Source: Vulcanimicrobiota bacterium | Lineage (GTDB): Bacteria > Vulcanimicrobiota > CADAWZ01 > Ess09-12 | Reading direction: 5' to 3' | Assembly: GCA_031082125.1 (NCBI GenBank) | Contig: JAVHLM010000029.1 | Coordinates: 1,478 to 65,477, forward strand | Length of the DNA stretch: 64,000 nucleotides | Part shown: piece after piece, positions 8,837 to 19,587 of the stretch | Position numbering within the stretch: position 1 is the stretch's first letter | How the letters are laid out: each line of letters starts with the position of its first letter | Notes under the pieces: generated by a model | What the model saw: the letters and a program-made list of their open reading frames with translations, nothing else | Database searches by the model: none | Told to the model about the DNA's origin: nothing | Translations under genes and position numbers: made by a program

Positions 8837-11455
8837 TCACTGCGGAGATTTTCCTGGGGGCTCATGGTTTCCCTGCTGCTCCATGCCCTCCGCAATCGTC
8901 ACGATTCCCCTGTTCCCATCCACCGTGATCACCTGGCCGGTTCTTATCACTTTTGTCGCGGAGCCCACATTTACCACAGCAGGGATGCCATACTCCCTTG
9001 CCACTATGCTGCCGTGGCTCAGCACCCCTCCAAGATCGGTCACCAGTGCGGCAGCAGTGACAAAATAGGGCGTCCATCCAGGGTCGGTAAAAGGAGCCAC
9101 GAGGATTTCTCCCGGCATCACCCTTTCTTCAAGATCATGGAGGAGGATAACCCGCGCCGGCCCTGTTGCGGTGCCGGCGCTTACCGAAATTCCTCTGAGC
9201 TCCCTCTGGGGCCCTCTTTCCCTGCGGACCGCCCGGCTCCACTGGCTTCTCTCTCCCGCGAGCACGGGAGGAAGGACGACCTGCCGGTTTCTCTCGTACT
9301 CAGCCCTCCTTGAAGCAACGAGCTCTCCCGCCGTCAGGGAGCCTGAAGACTCAAAAAGGGGCCTGAGCTCCCCCTTTTCAAGAAAAAATATGTCATCGCG
9401 CTTTTGAAGATAGGCCAGCTCCCTGGCCCTCTCCCCGAGCTCAAGAACTGTTTTCCTCAGCACGGCAAGGAGCCTCACCGCCTCGCTTTTTGCATTTTCC
9501 CTGACGCAGACCCCCTTCCTCGCGTTCTGGAGAAGAAAAAGGAAGAGCCCGCAGAGGAGAGGATTTCTGAGCTTTCCCCTGCACTGTGCAAGAAGCGCCT
9601 CACGGCCGTCATTCTTCTCTCCTCCAGGACTCGATGGGGCTGTCATGGTCTCAAGGTAGCCCCTCAGGAGGTGGAGCACGTAGTCAGGCTCTTCAGACCA
9701 GCGGGGATTGTAAAGCTCCACTTCCCCTCTCGTGTGATGGCCATGACGGAGCATCATCTCATCCCACTTTGCAAGAAAGGCCTTCCCGACGCCGCTCCCT
9801 TCAAGAATTCCGCGGATTTCGCTGAAGCTCTCTTCCTGACGGAGCGCGGCCCCGACCTCCCCGGACTTGAAGGCCTCTTCCGCCAGCCGGTAAATGGCCA
9901 TCCCTCCCTCGGCGGAATCCATGTTTCCGGTCCCTGCCACAAGCCTGTTGGCAATCATTCCATGGGGGTCCCCGAGGTATTTCCTGCAAAAGCCGAGGAA
10001 GGCAGCGAAATATCCCATCCCTGTCGCGATTTTAGGGACCACGTTCCTTATGCCAAGTATTCTCTCCATAAGCATGTCCACCTGGTCAAGGAGCTCGGCC
10101 ACGCTCCGGGAGGAGAGATCAAGCCTCAGGAGCGCGTCAATCTCATCGCCTGAGAGCTTGAAGAAATTCCTGCTCCTGTCGAGGCGCGCATGGAAGAGAA
10201 ACCTTGCGACGGATACAGGGAGCCTCGCAAGAGCACTCAAGGTGAACGGGCGCCTCCCCCTGAGAGACTCATCGGGAAAAGAGGCAAAAAGCTCCTCGAG
10301 GAGCTCCTCCTGCTCGCCTCCGAAAACCTCAGTGAGGGAAGGCCTTCCAGGCCCGGGGATACAGTGTATGATCCATGCGAAAATACTCGCATTGGCATAT
10401 GCATGGCCCTCTATGAGGTCAAAGACCGGCTCTTTCTCAACGTCAATGCCAAAAAGCTCATTGACTGGCGAGAATATGCTGGCCACGAAGACCTTCACGA
10501 TGGACCAGGTCAAGGGCGTCACGGCGTCGGGGAGGACCTCGCCCGAATTGACGTTGCTCCACACCTCGGGTGTCTTCGGGTCGGGAAGGGCAGTGATGGG
10601 ACGGACCTGGAGGAGGAAGAGCCTCCCTCCGCTCAGGGCCCACTCAATATCCACCGGGTAATTAAAGTGTCTCTCGAGTCTCTTCGCACTGGCTCCAAGG
10701 CTCTTGATGGCGCGCTTTTCAAAAAGGGCACGGTAAAAGGGCTCTCCCTTCGTGGTGGCTCCCGCGGTGCCGAAAAGAGGCCTCAGGTTCTTTTTCCATA
10801 TAATAACCCTCTCCGGCGATGTTCTTCCCGATACGACAGTGTCGCCGGTGCCATGTGAAGCCTCTATGACCAGGACTCCCCTGCAGCCGTTCTGAGGGTT
10901 CGCGGAAAAAAGAACCCCTGAAAATTCCGCCTCGACCATCTCCTGGATTACGACGGCCATGGAGGCACTTTCTAAAGGTGAGTTATTGAAGTAGGTCATG
11001 GCCCGCTCGCTGAAAAGCGAGGCCCAGCAGGCCTTTACCGCGGTAATGACCTCTCCGGGGCTGCTCACGTCAAGAAAGGTATCGAACATGCCCGCACCGG
11101 AAAGGTGGCGGCCGTCTTCACAAGTGGCGCTTGAGCGGACTGCAAAGGCTTTTCCGCTGCCGAGGCGTGCCAGTGCCTTCTCCACTTCGGCTCTCACCCT
11201 TTCAGGCATGGGAAGGGAGCAGACCTCTTCAAGAGAAGGCCGGGAGAGAGGATTTTCACGGGGCCGCTGGCCCATGAACTCCCTGAAGGCAGAGGTGGTG
11301 ACACAGAAGCCGCGGGGAACGGGAAATCCCATGCGCACAAGCCTGGCAAGGTTGAGGGCCTTGGCGCCTGCAAGGGCAGCATCACTGTCTATGATGTGGG
11401 AAAGCCATTTAATCAAATTCTCTCTCCGGTTCCGGCCGACGGGCAGAGCAGGCAT
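8837..11455 (-). CDS. PEP-utilising enzyme, rifampin phosphotransferase / PigC-like architecture
   Basis: N-terminal ATP-grasp (GAKA, AVRSSATCED, DIEWA, LLQVRPIT), central helical domain, and C-terminal His-swivel (TDPGWTP...SHGSIVAREYGIPAV). No pyruvate-binding barrel. An alternative TTG start near 11416 is possible. Confidence 0.85.
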   Translation of the reverse strand: MPALPVGRNRRENLIKWLSHIIDSDAALAGAKALNLARLVRMGFPVPRGFCVTTSAFREFMGQRPRENPLSRPSLEEVCSLPMPERVRAEVEKALARLGSGKAFAVRSSATCEDGRHLSGAGMFDTFLDVSSPGEVITAVKACWASLFSERAMTYFNNSPLESASMAVVIQEMVEAEFSGVLFSANPQNGCRGVLVIEASHGTGDTVVSGRTSPERVIIWKKNLRPLFGTAGATTKGEPFYRALFEKRAIKSLGASAKRLERHFNYPVDIEWALSGGRLFLLQVRPITALPDPKTPEVWSNVNSGEVLPDAVTPLTWSIVKVFVASIFSPVNELFGIDVEKEPVFDLIEGHAYANASIFAWIIHCIPGPGRPSLTEVFGGEQEELLEELFASFPDESLRGRRPFTLSALARLPVSVARFLFHARLDRSRNFFKLSGDEIDALLRLDLSSRSVAELLDQVDMLMERILGIRNVVPKIATGMGYFAAFLGFCRKYLGDPHGMIANRLVAGTGNMDSAEGGMAIYRLAEEAFKSGEVGAALRQEESFSEIRGILEGSGVGKAFLAKWDEMMLRHGHHTRGEVELYNPRWSEEPDYVLHLLRGYLETMTAPSSPGGEKNDGREALLAQCRGKLRNPLLCGLFLFLLQNARKGVCVRENAKSEAVRLLAVLRKTVLELGERARELAYLQKRDDIFFLEKGELRPLFESSGSLTAGELVASRRAEYERNRQVVLPPVLAGERSQWSRAVRRERGPQRELRGISVSAGTATGPARVILLHDLEERVMPGEILVAPFTDPGWTPYFVTAAALVTDLGGVLSHGSIVAREYGIPAVVNVGSATKVIRTGQVITVDGNRGIVTIAEGMEQQGNHEPPGKSPQ

Positions 11456-11461
11456 TCTCTC

Positions 11462-13825
11462 TTAATACACGGAAAATGTCACTTTTTCCTTCGGGGGTAC
11501 TCTACCGGGTCCTATTGCCAGGGTATGGACGCCATCACGGAGAGGCCATTCATAGACAAAGGGGTACTTCGCCAGGCCAAGAGGCTTGCCGTCAAGCCAC
11601 CATGTGATCTCCTTCACGCTTTCAGGCACCATGGCCTTGAAGTGGAGAACCTGATATTCCCTCCTGAGAATAGGATCGATCCGGAAAAGGTCGCCATCTC
11701 TTGGAAAGACGACTGCAAGGCTCTCTTTCCGGCTTTCCGGAGAGGCCGCCATGGCCTCAGGGGGCGGACTGATGTGATGCTCTGCCATCCAGGTGGCATA
11801 GAGGGGCGGATAGACTTCATAGACCTTTTCATGGACATAATGGCGGGGACAGTCCGGGGAAGCCGCCGCACCGGTGCGCCTGTCGATCTTCACCATGCGG
11901 TGGACGTCGCACCGGGTCCTGGGAACATGCCCTTCCATAAAATACTCCTTCATGCTGTCGGGGCAGAAGTCGCCGGGGAGCATGCCTGACTGGGGGCATA
12001 TGGCCATTTCAGCCATCCCGGGGGGCATGGGGAAGTCCTCGCAGGCTTTTCCCTTCATGACGGTCATCATGACATCATAGAAAAGGGGGCCTGCTCCCGT
12101 AATGCCCGAGACCTTTTTCATCGGAGTGTTGTCAAAATTCCCCACCCACACGGCAACGGTATATAAGGGAGTATATCCCACGGTCCAGTTGTCACGGAAA
12201 TTCTTTGAAGTGCCTGTCTTGGCGGCACAGTGGAAAGGAAGCGAGAGGGGGCTGTACCTCCCGAATGCGGGGACACGTGCTTCATCATCATCAAGGATGT
12301 CCGTGACAATAAAGGAGGCCTGTGGCGAGAATACCCTTAAAGGTGCCGTATCGAGGGGGAGCGCCACAGCGCCACCCCGGGCATCCTTCACCTTCCTCAC
12401 CACGTGGAGCGGGAAGGTCTCTCCGCCGCATGCAAACATCGCATATCCCCTGGCAAGCTCAAGGAGCGTAATCTCGCCGCTCCCCAGGGTCAGTCCAAGC
12501 CCATAGAATCTGGGATCTCTGATCAGGCTCGTGAATCCCGCCGCGCGGAGGCGCTTGCAGAGGAACTCCTTACCCACATGCTGAAGCGTTCTCACGGCAG
12601 GGACATTATAGGAGCAGGCCAGGGCAGTCCGCATCCTCACGGGGCCATGAAAGGTGTTGTCATAATTGAGAGGCGTGAAATCGCCGCTTTCCGTGGGAAT
12701 GCTTATCCTGAGGTCGGGAATGATATCGGAGGCTTTGAGCCCCGTCTCGAGGGCGATGGCATAAGTGAAAGGCTTGAGCGTCGAACCAGGCTGACGGAGC
12801 GCCAGGGCGGCGTTGACCTGCCCGTCAGGCCCCCAGAAATCCACGGAGCCCGCCATCGCGAGCACCTCCCATGTCCTGTTGTCAAGTACGACCACGGCAC
12901 CGTTTGAGACTCCCTGGTCCCTGAGAGCCCTCACTCTCTCCCTGAGCAGGACCTCCACCTTCTCCTGGAGATACCCGTCAAGCGTGGTGGTGACGGCCCC
13001 TGACGGCCTGATGCCCTGCGACTTCAGCGTGGCGATGACATAGTCGCAGAAGTGAGGCGCCCTGTAGGAGAGATCTCTCGGGGCCACTTTTAACGGCTCA
13101 TTGAGGGCACCCATGAGCTCCTTCTCGCCAATGAACCCTTCCTGGCGCATGAGTCCCAGAATCTCGCGCTGCCGGGCAAGGACTCTGCCGAAATTCCTGT
13201 AAGGGTCAAAAAGGGAGGGAGCCTGGGGAATGGCGGCAAGAAATGCAGCCTGTGCCGGCGAGAGATCTCTGGCGGGCTTCTCAAAATAAGCTTCCGACGC
13301 GGCCTCGGCGCCATAAAGCTGGTTCCCGTATGGGACACGGTTCAGGTAGACCTCCAGAATGGCCTTCTTGTTGAGGCGGCCCTCAATCTTGAGGGCATAG
13401 ATCATCTCCCGGAGCTTCGAGACCACCCTCCCCTGGGGAAGGTGATAGGTTATCCCGGCAACCTGCTGGGTAATCGTCGAAGCCCCCGAGACTATCCGCC
13501 GGGCCTGCAGGTTCTGCACCAGGGCCCGTGCCACAGCCCTTGGATCGACTCCGCAATGGCGGTAGAACCTCCTGTCCTCGGCCGCCACCGTCGCCTGCAG
13601 AAGATATGGCGATATCTCGTCGAGGCTCTTCCAGCAGCTTGTCCCTTCCTCATCGGACAGCACCGTCCTGAGGACCTTTCCCTGCCTGTCCAGCAGCTCG
13701 GCCGAGGCCGCCGTCCCCGGGAAAAGCTCGTCTCCCGGGAGAGGAATCGCAAGATAGGCGGCAAGGAGCACGCACAGAAAGATGAGCACGCCCCTTGTCG
13801 CTTTTCGACGCTTCCCTGCTCTCAT
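11462..13825 (-). CDS. pbpC: penicillin-binding protein 1C
   Basis: GT51 motifs EDRRFYRHCGVD and GASTITQQ; transpeptidase motifs STLK, SYN and KTG; C-terminal BiPBP-like domain; adjacent to alpha-2-macroglobulin. Confidence 0.92.
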   Translation of the reverse strand: MRAGKRRKATRGVLIFLCVLLAAYLAIPLPGDELFPGTAASAELLDRQGKVLRTVLSDEEGTSCWKSLDEISPYLLQATVAAEDRRFYRHCGVDPRAVARALVQNLQARRIVSGASTITQQVAGITYHLPQGRVVSKLREMIYALKIEGRLNKKAILEVYLNRVPYGNQLYGAEAASEAYFEKPARDLSPAQAAFLAAIPQAPSLFDPYRNFGRVLARQREILGLMRQEGFIGEKELMGALNEPLKVAPRDLSYRAPHFCDYVIATLKSQGIRPSGAVTTTLDGYLQEKVEVLLRERVRALRDQGVSNGAVVVLDNRTWEVLAMAGSVDFWGPDGQVNAALALRQPGSTLKPFTYAIALETGLKASDIIPDLRISIPTESGDFTPLNYDNTFHGPVRMRTALACSYNVPAVRTLQHVGKEFLCKRLRAAGFTSLIRDPRFYGLGLTLGSGEITLLELARGYAMFACGGETFPLHVVRKVKDARGGAVALPLDTAPLRVFSPQASFIVTDILDDDEARVPAFGRYSPLSLPFHCAAKTGTSKNFRDNWTVGYTPLYTVAVWVGNFDNTPMKKVSGITGAGPLFYDVMMTVMKGKACEDFPMPPGMAEMAICPQSGMLPGDFCPDSMKEYFMEGHVPRTRCDVHRMVKIDRRTGAAASPDCPRHYVHEKVYEVYPPLYATWMAEHHISPPPEAMAASPESRKESLAVVFPRDGDLFRIDPILRREYQVLHFKAMVPESVKEITWWLDGKPLGLAKYPFVYEWPLRDGVHTLAIGPGRVPPKEKVTFSVY

Positions 13826-16800
13826 TTTATCTCCACCGTTTTCTGCTCGGAATAGCCGAAGACCTCTGGCTCATACATCTGCTCAGCCTTTGTGGAGGGC
13901 ATCATGTAAGTTCCAAAGTAAAGGGCTCTCACGAAATAGGTGAAGCGGTGCTCGCCGGCATGGAGGCAGTCGGCAAAGATGAGGACCCTGTCATCGTAAA
14001 TCTCCGAGTGGTCAAAGGTTGAGCCCCAGAGACCCTCCTGCTCATCGAGGCGGAGCTTCGCGAGCTTCCTCGAAAGCTCGCCCTTCTCCGTGGCCAGGGC
14101 CGTGTTGACGACCACAAAGCCGCCGGGGAGGGGATCGTCCACCACGACAAAGCTCCTCTCCTGGGGTGTCACCACGCTGAGGGTCACTTTGTAGACAGCA
14201 CCGGCCTTGAGGGCTTCGCCCTCCTTCACCTGGTCCACTGGCTCGATGGTCTTGAAGACTGCAATCCCTTCATCCTTGCATGGCGACTTCTCAAGGGGCA
14301 TGTACTTGAGGCGGAGCGTGTAATAGAGCCTGCCCTTGCCGCGCTTTTCAAAAACCACCGGCGAATCGGCGCCGGCCTTGAGATCCCTCATGGGCACTTC
14401 CTTGGACGGCACCTTCATTTCCCGCCCCTTGAAAGAGGCATCCAGGATATCCTGTGAGCCCAGCAGGACCTTCACGTCATAGTCGGGGACCTGCTTTTCA
14501 TACTTTCGCAAATACGCCGAGAGGGCGCTGAAACAGTAAACGTTCTCCTGGGTGGTGCCCCACCGTCCCCTTTTCTGCTGTGCAGTGAGCCACTTCACCA
14601 CTTTTGACACGTCGGGGAAATTGACGTCACATTCAATGAATGCCTGGAGCAGAAGGGCCGTGGTGCGGACATTCGAGTCGTAAATCCACTGGAGGCCTGC
14701 GTCATCAGTGCCCTCCTCGAAATGTGCCGAGGTGGGACTGGTCTTGATCTTGTTCATCAGGGCAGCGCCGAGCTCTCTCTCCTGCTCCTTCATCGAGGGC
14801 TCCCTGTGGAGCGTCCTGAGAAGAAGGGCCTGCCCGAAGAGGGACATCTTCTCCCTCTTGCTGTAAAGGAGCGCAAGGTACGAGGGGTCACTCGCCCCCA
14901 TGAGGTAAAGGTCATAGAGGGCAAAGCATTTGGTGTTATAGATGCCGCGCTCGCCGTAAGGGAGGCTCCAGGTAGAGGAGGCCTGCCTCGTGAGCACGGC
15001 CTTCAGGTAGCCCAGGCCTTTCTTCACCACCCCGTCATCGACCTTATAGCCCTTTTCCTTTGCAACGGCAAGGGCATACATGGCATAGCAGGAGAGGTAT
15101 TCACGCTCGCTGCTCTTCTCTTCCTCCCAGAGGCTGAAGCCGCCCGACTCTTTCTGGTAATTCTCCAGGGCCTTGAGATAGGACTGGATGAAATCCCGGT
15201 ACTGCTTCCCCTTGAGATTTGACGAGAGGTCAAAGGCCTCGACGAGGTCCTGCGCCATAAGGGCCGGCATTATTTTGGAGAGCTTCTGCTCGCAGCACTC
15301 GTAAGGGTAATAAACAAGGTAATTGATCCCACCCTTGAGGCCCACCATCGCCGTCGAGGAGAGGGCCACCGAGAGGCTTCCTGTGACTGGATCGATGTTG
15401 CCGGGGATGGCAAGCTTCTCCTGGGCCTTGTCGGCCTCCGTGGAATTGAAAGTTGCCACGGCTTCGGTCAGAACAGGGACCTGTACAGGGATCTCGCATA
15501 TGAGGCCGTCAGTCTCACTGCCCATGCGGACGCCGAAAGAGAGCTTCGCTTTGCCGGGAGTCTCGGCTTTGAAAGTATAGAGCACCTCCTTCTCCTGGCC
15601 CGGGGCCAGGGAGATGGACTGGGAAGGCCCGCCTTCACATGTAAGCCCCTGGCTCTCGATCTGCACCGCCACCTCACCCTGCTCCTTGGTGCCGTTGAAT
15701 ACGAGGACACCTGCCTGGAACCTGTCATGTATGGTCACGAAGCGGGGATGGGAGGGCTTGAGGAGGAGCGGCTTGGTCACCGTGAACTCCTGCTCCCCCG
15801 ACCCGAACATGGAGTCTTTGGTCTCTGCCACGGCCATGAGCCTGAAGGTCGTGAGGTTGTCGGGAAGCTTGAACCTTACCGTGGCCTCACCCTGCCTGTT
15901 GGTGACAATCGTAGGATTCCAGTATGCCGTGGCCTTGAAGTTGCTCCTCATGGCGAGGGAGGCAAGGTCAACTCCGCCGCCGCCGCCGGATTTTCCTTTC
16001 TCACCGTAGTCACGCTGCCCTATGATATGGAGGCGCGTGTCGGCCGACTCCACCGAGAGGGAGCGGGAACCGTAAAAGTCCTTGTAATACGAGGGCGTCT
16101 TGTAATCGATGAGGCTCAGCACTCCCACATCGGCTGCGGCAAGGCATACCTCGCCTACCACAGGCTTCCCTTCGCTGTTCTCAAGCTTCAGCTTGACCTC
16201 CACCTCGTCGCCGGGCTTATATCTCTCCCTGTCTGACTTGACGGAAACTTTCAGCTTCCTGTTCTCCGATGCGACAGGAATGTTGATATAGCCTATCCTG
16301 AAGGAAGGCTTCCCCAGGTCTTCGCCGTCCTGGAACTTCTCGTCGGCGACCCTTCCCTGGACAAGGAGCACCGAGACAAAGACATTGGGCATATCATCAT
16401 GCTCCACGTCAAACTCGAAGACATCGGCGCTCCCCTTCACGTCAATCACCTTTCTCTGCATGACAAACTCACGCTCGAAGGTGACAAGAGCTTTTGCCTT
16501 TTCGTAAGGGGACTTGATGATGATGCGGGCCTTGTCGCCGGGCCTGTATTCCTTCCTGTCCTTTACCAGCTCCATCATGTTGTCCTCGCTGCGCGCCCAG
16601 GAGACGTAATCGGTTCCCGAGGCATAAAACCCTGCCTCGCTGAGGACCACGTTCTGCTTTCTGTCGGAGCCCTGGGCTTTGACGACATAATAGCCCGCCT
16701 TCTCTGGAGTGAAGCTTATCGATACGGGCTGATCCTTGGTTTTCACCTCGAAGGATTTGACAGGCTCATCCTTCATCTCGGTCACCCACTCGCGGCTCCC

Positions 16801-19503
16801 GTACATTCCAGATTTCCTCACGGAGTGCCACTCGCGCCTGCATATGTCCACTTTCAGCGGAGTGCCTGTGACCTTCTTCCCGTCGGGCGTCACGGTGATA
16901 AACTCTATGCTCTGGCCGCTCTTTGCGGAGATGAAGGAACTCAACGGCTTCACGCCGATGTAAAAATCACCCTTGTGCACAAGATACTCACCGGCTCCTG
17001 AGAGCTCTTTCCTGTTTGCCGCCGTCACGGAGCCCTCAACGGTGAGAAGCATGGTCCTCGTGACCTTCTCCGCCTTGAGAGGGACGCTCACATCTATCTT
17101 GCCCTCCCTGTTCAGCTTCCCTTCGCCTGACCCGAGAAGGGAGCTCTGCTCCCCGTCTTCCCTGTCTTCTCTGCCCTCCCTGCCGTCATAATCCAGGCCC
17201 ATGGGGCCGAAAAGATAGTCCTCATAGCCCTTGGGCGTGAAGTCATAGGGAGTGAGCCTGAACTTCCATGAGACCTTTTCCCCTGCCATGGGGGCGCCGA
17301 AAAGATACCATCCCTGGATGAAGCCCCTGTAGGTATCCTGCATGACATAGTCGGGCCTGGTGGATCCCACGTTGACCTTGAAGTCCGCCGTCTCATAAGC
17401 CTCGACGCGGAAGGTCCCGGAGGCCACCTCTAAAGGCTCCTTCATGCCGGGCGGGGAGCACCACAGGCTCATGGAGTACAGGCCCGTAGGGGCATTTCCC
17501 TCAAGGGCAATGGACCTGTCAAAGGAACCGAAGGGCGAGAGCCTGATATTTTTCTTGAAAACCTTCTCGCCCCGCGAGTCGGTGACCCTCAGGTTCACCT
17601 CATTGAGGCGCGAGACGGCCCATTTCCCCCAGCGCTTCTCGCGGAAAATGCCCTTGAGCTTCACCTCTTCTCCACCGCGGTAAAGCCCCCTCTCGGTGAA
17701 AAGGCTCCCCTGGTACTCACATTCATCGGGGTTGTAATTATAGTCGATGTTGAATGCCCAGGGGGAGATGCCCCATCCCCAGGCAGAGTTGATAAAGGCA
17801 AGGTCCTTATCCTTGCTCGCAAATATCCAGAGTGTCGGCGTATCCCAGCGGTCCTTCTTCTTCAGACCCAGCATGGCCCAGCCTTTGGTCTCCACAGTGC
17901 CCTTCCTGTCCGTTTCGCCGGTCCAGAGGACTTTGTTGTCGTCATCGCGGATCTCCACCTTGGCCTTCTCGACAGGCTCTCCCTTGTCGAGAGAGGTGAC
18001 CCAGACGACACCGTTTTCCGGGGAGAATTTACCGGTGACGCCGAGGTTGGTGACCTGTACAAAGGAATCGGCTGTTCTTCCCTGGTTGCGAAGCAATGTT
18101 TCATGGTCCAGCACAATGGAGACAATTCCTGTCTTATCCTTGCCCAGGACCTCGCTCATGGTGATGGGGAGGGCGCGCTTCTCATTCCGGGGGAGGCTTA
18201 TATCCCATTCCCTGTTGACCTCGTAAGAATCGATTAGCTTCCCGCGATTCTGATCGCTGTTGTAAGTGAGAACGGGAATCACGTCATCCTTGGGCACCTT
18301 GGCCATCTTGAGGCGCACCTTTTTTATATTGCAGAAATAGACAGGAAACTGCTGCCTGGACTTTGCCTCGATGACGCCGTTGCCTTCCGCCATCGAGAAC
18401 GAGGGGTCATAATCAGTGGTCTTGAAGGGATAGACTACATCTTTCCCGAGGGTATTCCCGAACACGTCCTTGAGGGTGCCCCTGATGGTCACCTTGTATT
18501 CCGTCTGGGGCTTGAAGTCTATGTAAAAATCAGGTGTTTCAGTGTCCCACTCGTATTGTTCATAATAATCGGGAATCTTGACCTCAGGCGAGAAAGAGAG
18601 GTTCCTGGCCAGGTCCTTGATATAGACAGGGTTGGTGAATCTGAAGGCGATATGGTCCTCAGGGTTTATCTTGGGCTTTGTCTTGGGTTTCACGGCGGCG
18701 AAGGGATTCTGCGTGGTAAAGGTGAGCTCGGTCTTCTCGGCCATCCCCATGGTGGCGTTCTTCCCCGGCAGCCCGGCCTTGAGCAGGATGCTGTACGTAG
18801 TGCTCCGCCCGAGAGGATAGGAAGCCGTCACCACAAGGACATTTTCCTTCTTCCATTTTTCGGGAATGTCCTTGTCGGCAGCCGTGGCTTCCCTCACGGT
18901 GAAGGTTACAGGCAGGCGGTTCTTTTTCTTGTTAATGGCGGCAAAATCTATGAACATTTTTGCCTTTGCAGTGTCCAGGGGCATGTTGAAGAGAAGGAAA
19001 AAAGGCTTGTCAATGGCAACGAATCTCTTCTCATTTTCTGGAAAGGACTCTTTCAGCTGGGGCTTGAGAGTCTCGAAAGTCCAGCTGTACTCCTTGGCAA
19101 GGGCCGCCCCGTAAAGAGACTTGGTCCCGGCCGGCACCGTGGCCTTCACCTGTATTCCATTGGGAAAGGGCTCCCGGGGGGTAAAGGTGAGGGTCGAGGT
19201 TCCAAGCCAGCGGTATTTTCCCGCAAGAGGCGGATCAAAGATCATAGGGCCCGTCGAGTCATCTTTGGGCACCGTGGTGAGGGGCGCCATGGGCTGGTTG
19301 AAATAGGCAGTGACGGTAGAGAGCTCCTCCTCTTCGGTGACCTGTCCAGTGGGGACTCCCATCACCACCTCCAGAGTCCCCACGTTTTTTGGCGGAGGGG
19401 GAACCGCGCTCTGCTCAGGGACTGTTTTCTTGCATGAGGCAAGACCCGAGAGGATCAGGGCGCCAGCGCACACCAGCAGGAGGACTACCAATGCCTTTTT
19501 CAT
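13822..19503 (-). CDS. alpha-2-macroglobulin family lipoprotein
   Basis: Lipobox LASC, FTERGLYRGGE (MG2), LPDNLTTFR, thioester-type YPYECCEQ, WGTTQEN and AEQMYEPE. 4-bp overlap with pbpC. Confidence 0.93.
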   Translation of the reverse strand: MKKALVVLLLVCAGALILSGLASCKKTVPEQSAVPPPPKNVGTLEVVMGVPTGQVTEEEELSTVTAYFNQPMAPLTTVPKDDSTGPMIFDPPLAGKYRWLGTSTLTFTPREPFPNGIQVKATVPAGTKSLYGAALAKEYSWTFETLKPQLKESFPENEKRFVAIDKPFFLLFNMPLDTAKAKMFIDFAAINKKKNRLPVTFTVREATAADKDIPEKWKKENVLVVTASYPLGRSTTYSILLKAGLPGKNATMGMAEKTELTFTTQNPFAAVKPKTKPKINPEDHIAFRFTNPVYIKDLARNLSFSPEVKIPDYYEQYEWDTETPDFYIDFKPQTEYKVTIRGTLKDVFGNTLGKDVVYPFKTTDYDPSFSMAEGNGVIEAKSRQQFPVYFCNIKKVRLKMAKVPKDDVIPVLTYNSDQNRGKLIDSYEVNREWDISLPRNEKRALPITMSEVLGKDKTGIVSIVLDHETLLRNQGRTADSFVQVTNLGVTGKFSPENGVVWVTSLDKGEPVEKAKVEIRDDDNKVLWTGETDRKGTVETKGWAMLGLKKKDRWDTPTLWIFASKDKDLAFINSAWGWGISPWAFNIDYNYNPDECEYQGSLFTERGLYRGGEEVKLKGIFREKRWGKWAVSRLNEVNLRVTDSRGEKVFKKNIRLSPFGSFDRSIALEGNAPTGLYSMSLWCSPPGMKEPLEVASGTFRVEAYETADFKVNVGSTRPDYVMQDTYRGFIQGWYLFGAPMAGEKVSWKFRLTPYDFTPKGYEDYLFGPMGLDYDGREGREDREDGEQSSLLGSGEGKLNREGKIDVSVPLKAEKVTRTMLLTVEGSVTAANRKELSGAGEYLVHKGDFYIGVKPLSSFISAKSGQSIEFITVTPDGKKVTGTPLKVDICRREWHSVRKSGMYGSREWVTEMKDEPVKSFEVKTKDQPVSISFTPEKAGYYVVKAQGSDRKQNVVLSEAGFYASGTDYVSWARSEDNMMELVKDRKEYRPGDKARIIIKSPYEKAKALVTFEREFVMQRKVIDVKGSADVFEFDVEHDDMPNVFVSVLLVQGRVADEKFQDGEDLGKPSFRIGYINIPVASENRKLKVSVKSDRERYKPGDEVEVKLKLENSEGKPVVGEVCLAAADVGVLSLIDYKTPSYYKDFYGSRSLSVESADTRLHIIGQRDYGEKGKSGGGGGVDLASLAMRSNFKATAYWNPTIVTNRQGEATVRFKLPDNLTTFRLMAVAETKDSMFGSGEQEFTVTKPLLLKPSHPRFVTIHDRFQAGVLVFNGTKEQGEVAVQIESQGLTCEGGPSQSISLAPGQEKEVLYTFKAETPGKAKLSFGVRMGSETDGLICEIPVQVPVLTEAVATFNSTEADKAQEKLAIPGNIDPVTGSLSVALSSTAMVGLKGGINYLVYYPYECCEQKLSKIMPALMAQDLVEAFDLSSNLKGKQYRDFIQSYLKALENYQKESGGFSLWEEEKSSEREYLSCYAMYALAVAKEKGYKVDDGVVKKGLGYLKAVLTRQASSTWSLPYGERGIYNTKCFALYDLYLMGASDPSYLALLYSKREKMSLFGQALLLRTLHREPSMKEQERELGAALMNKIKTSPTSAHFEEGTDDAGLQWIYDSNVRTTALLLQAFIECDVNFPDVSKVVKWLTAQQKRGRWGTTQENVYCFSALSAYLRKYEKQVPDYDVKVLLGSQDILDASFKGREMKVPSKEVPMRDLKAGADSPVVFEKRGKGRLYYTLRLKYMPLEKSPCKDEGIAVFKTIEPVDQVKEGEALKAGAVYKVTLSVVTPQERSFVVVDDPLPGGFVVVNTALATEKGELSRKLAKLRLDEQEGLWGSTFDHSEIYDDRVLIFADCLHAGEHRFTYFVRALYFGTYMMPSTKAEQMYEPEVFGYSEQKTVEIK

Positions 19504-19587
19504 AGAACACCTCGCTTTTCAGAATATCCCTAAAACCGTATCATACTCCCCTCACTCTGCTACCTCGCGAGGGGGAAAAAATTCCAT

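Noticed and set aside
8837-11455. Annotation as phosphoenolpyruvate synthase (ppsA) or confirmed rifampin resistance gene (rph)
   Set aside because: The domain order lacks the PpsA pyruvate-binding barrel, and the substrate cannot be determined from the visible motifs.
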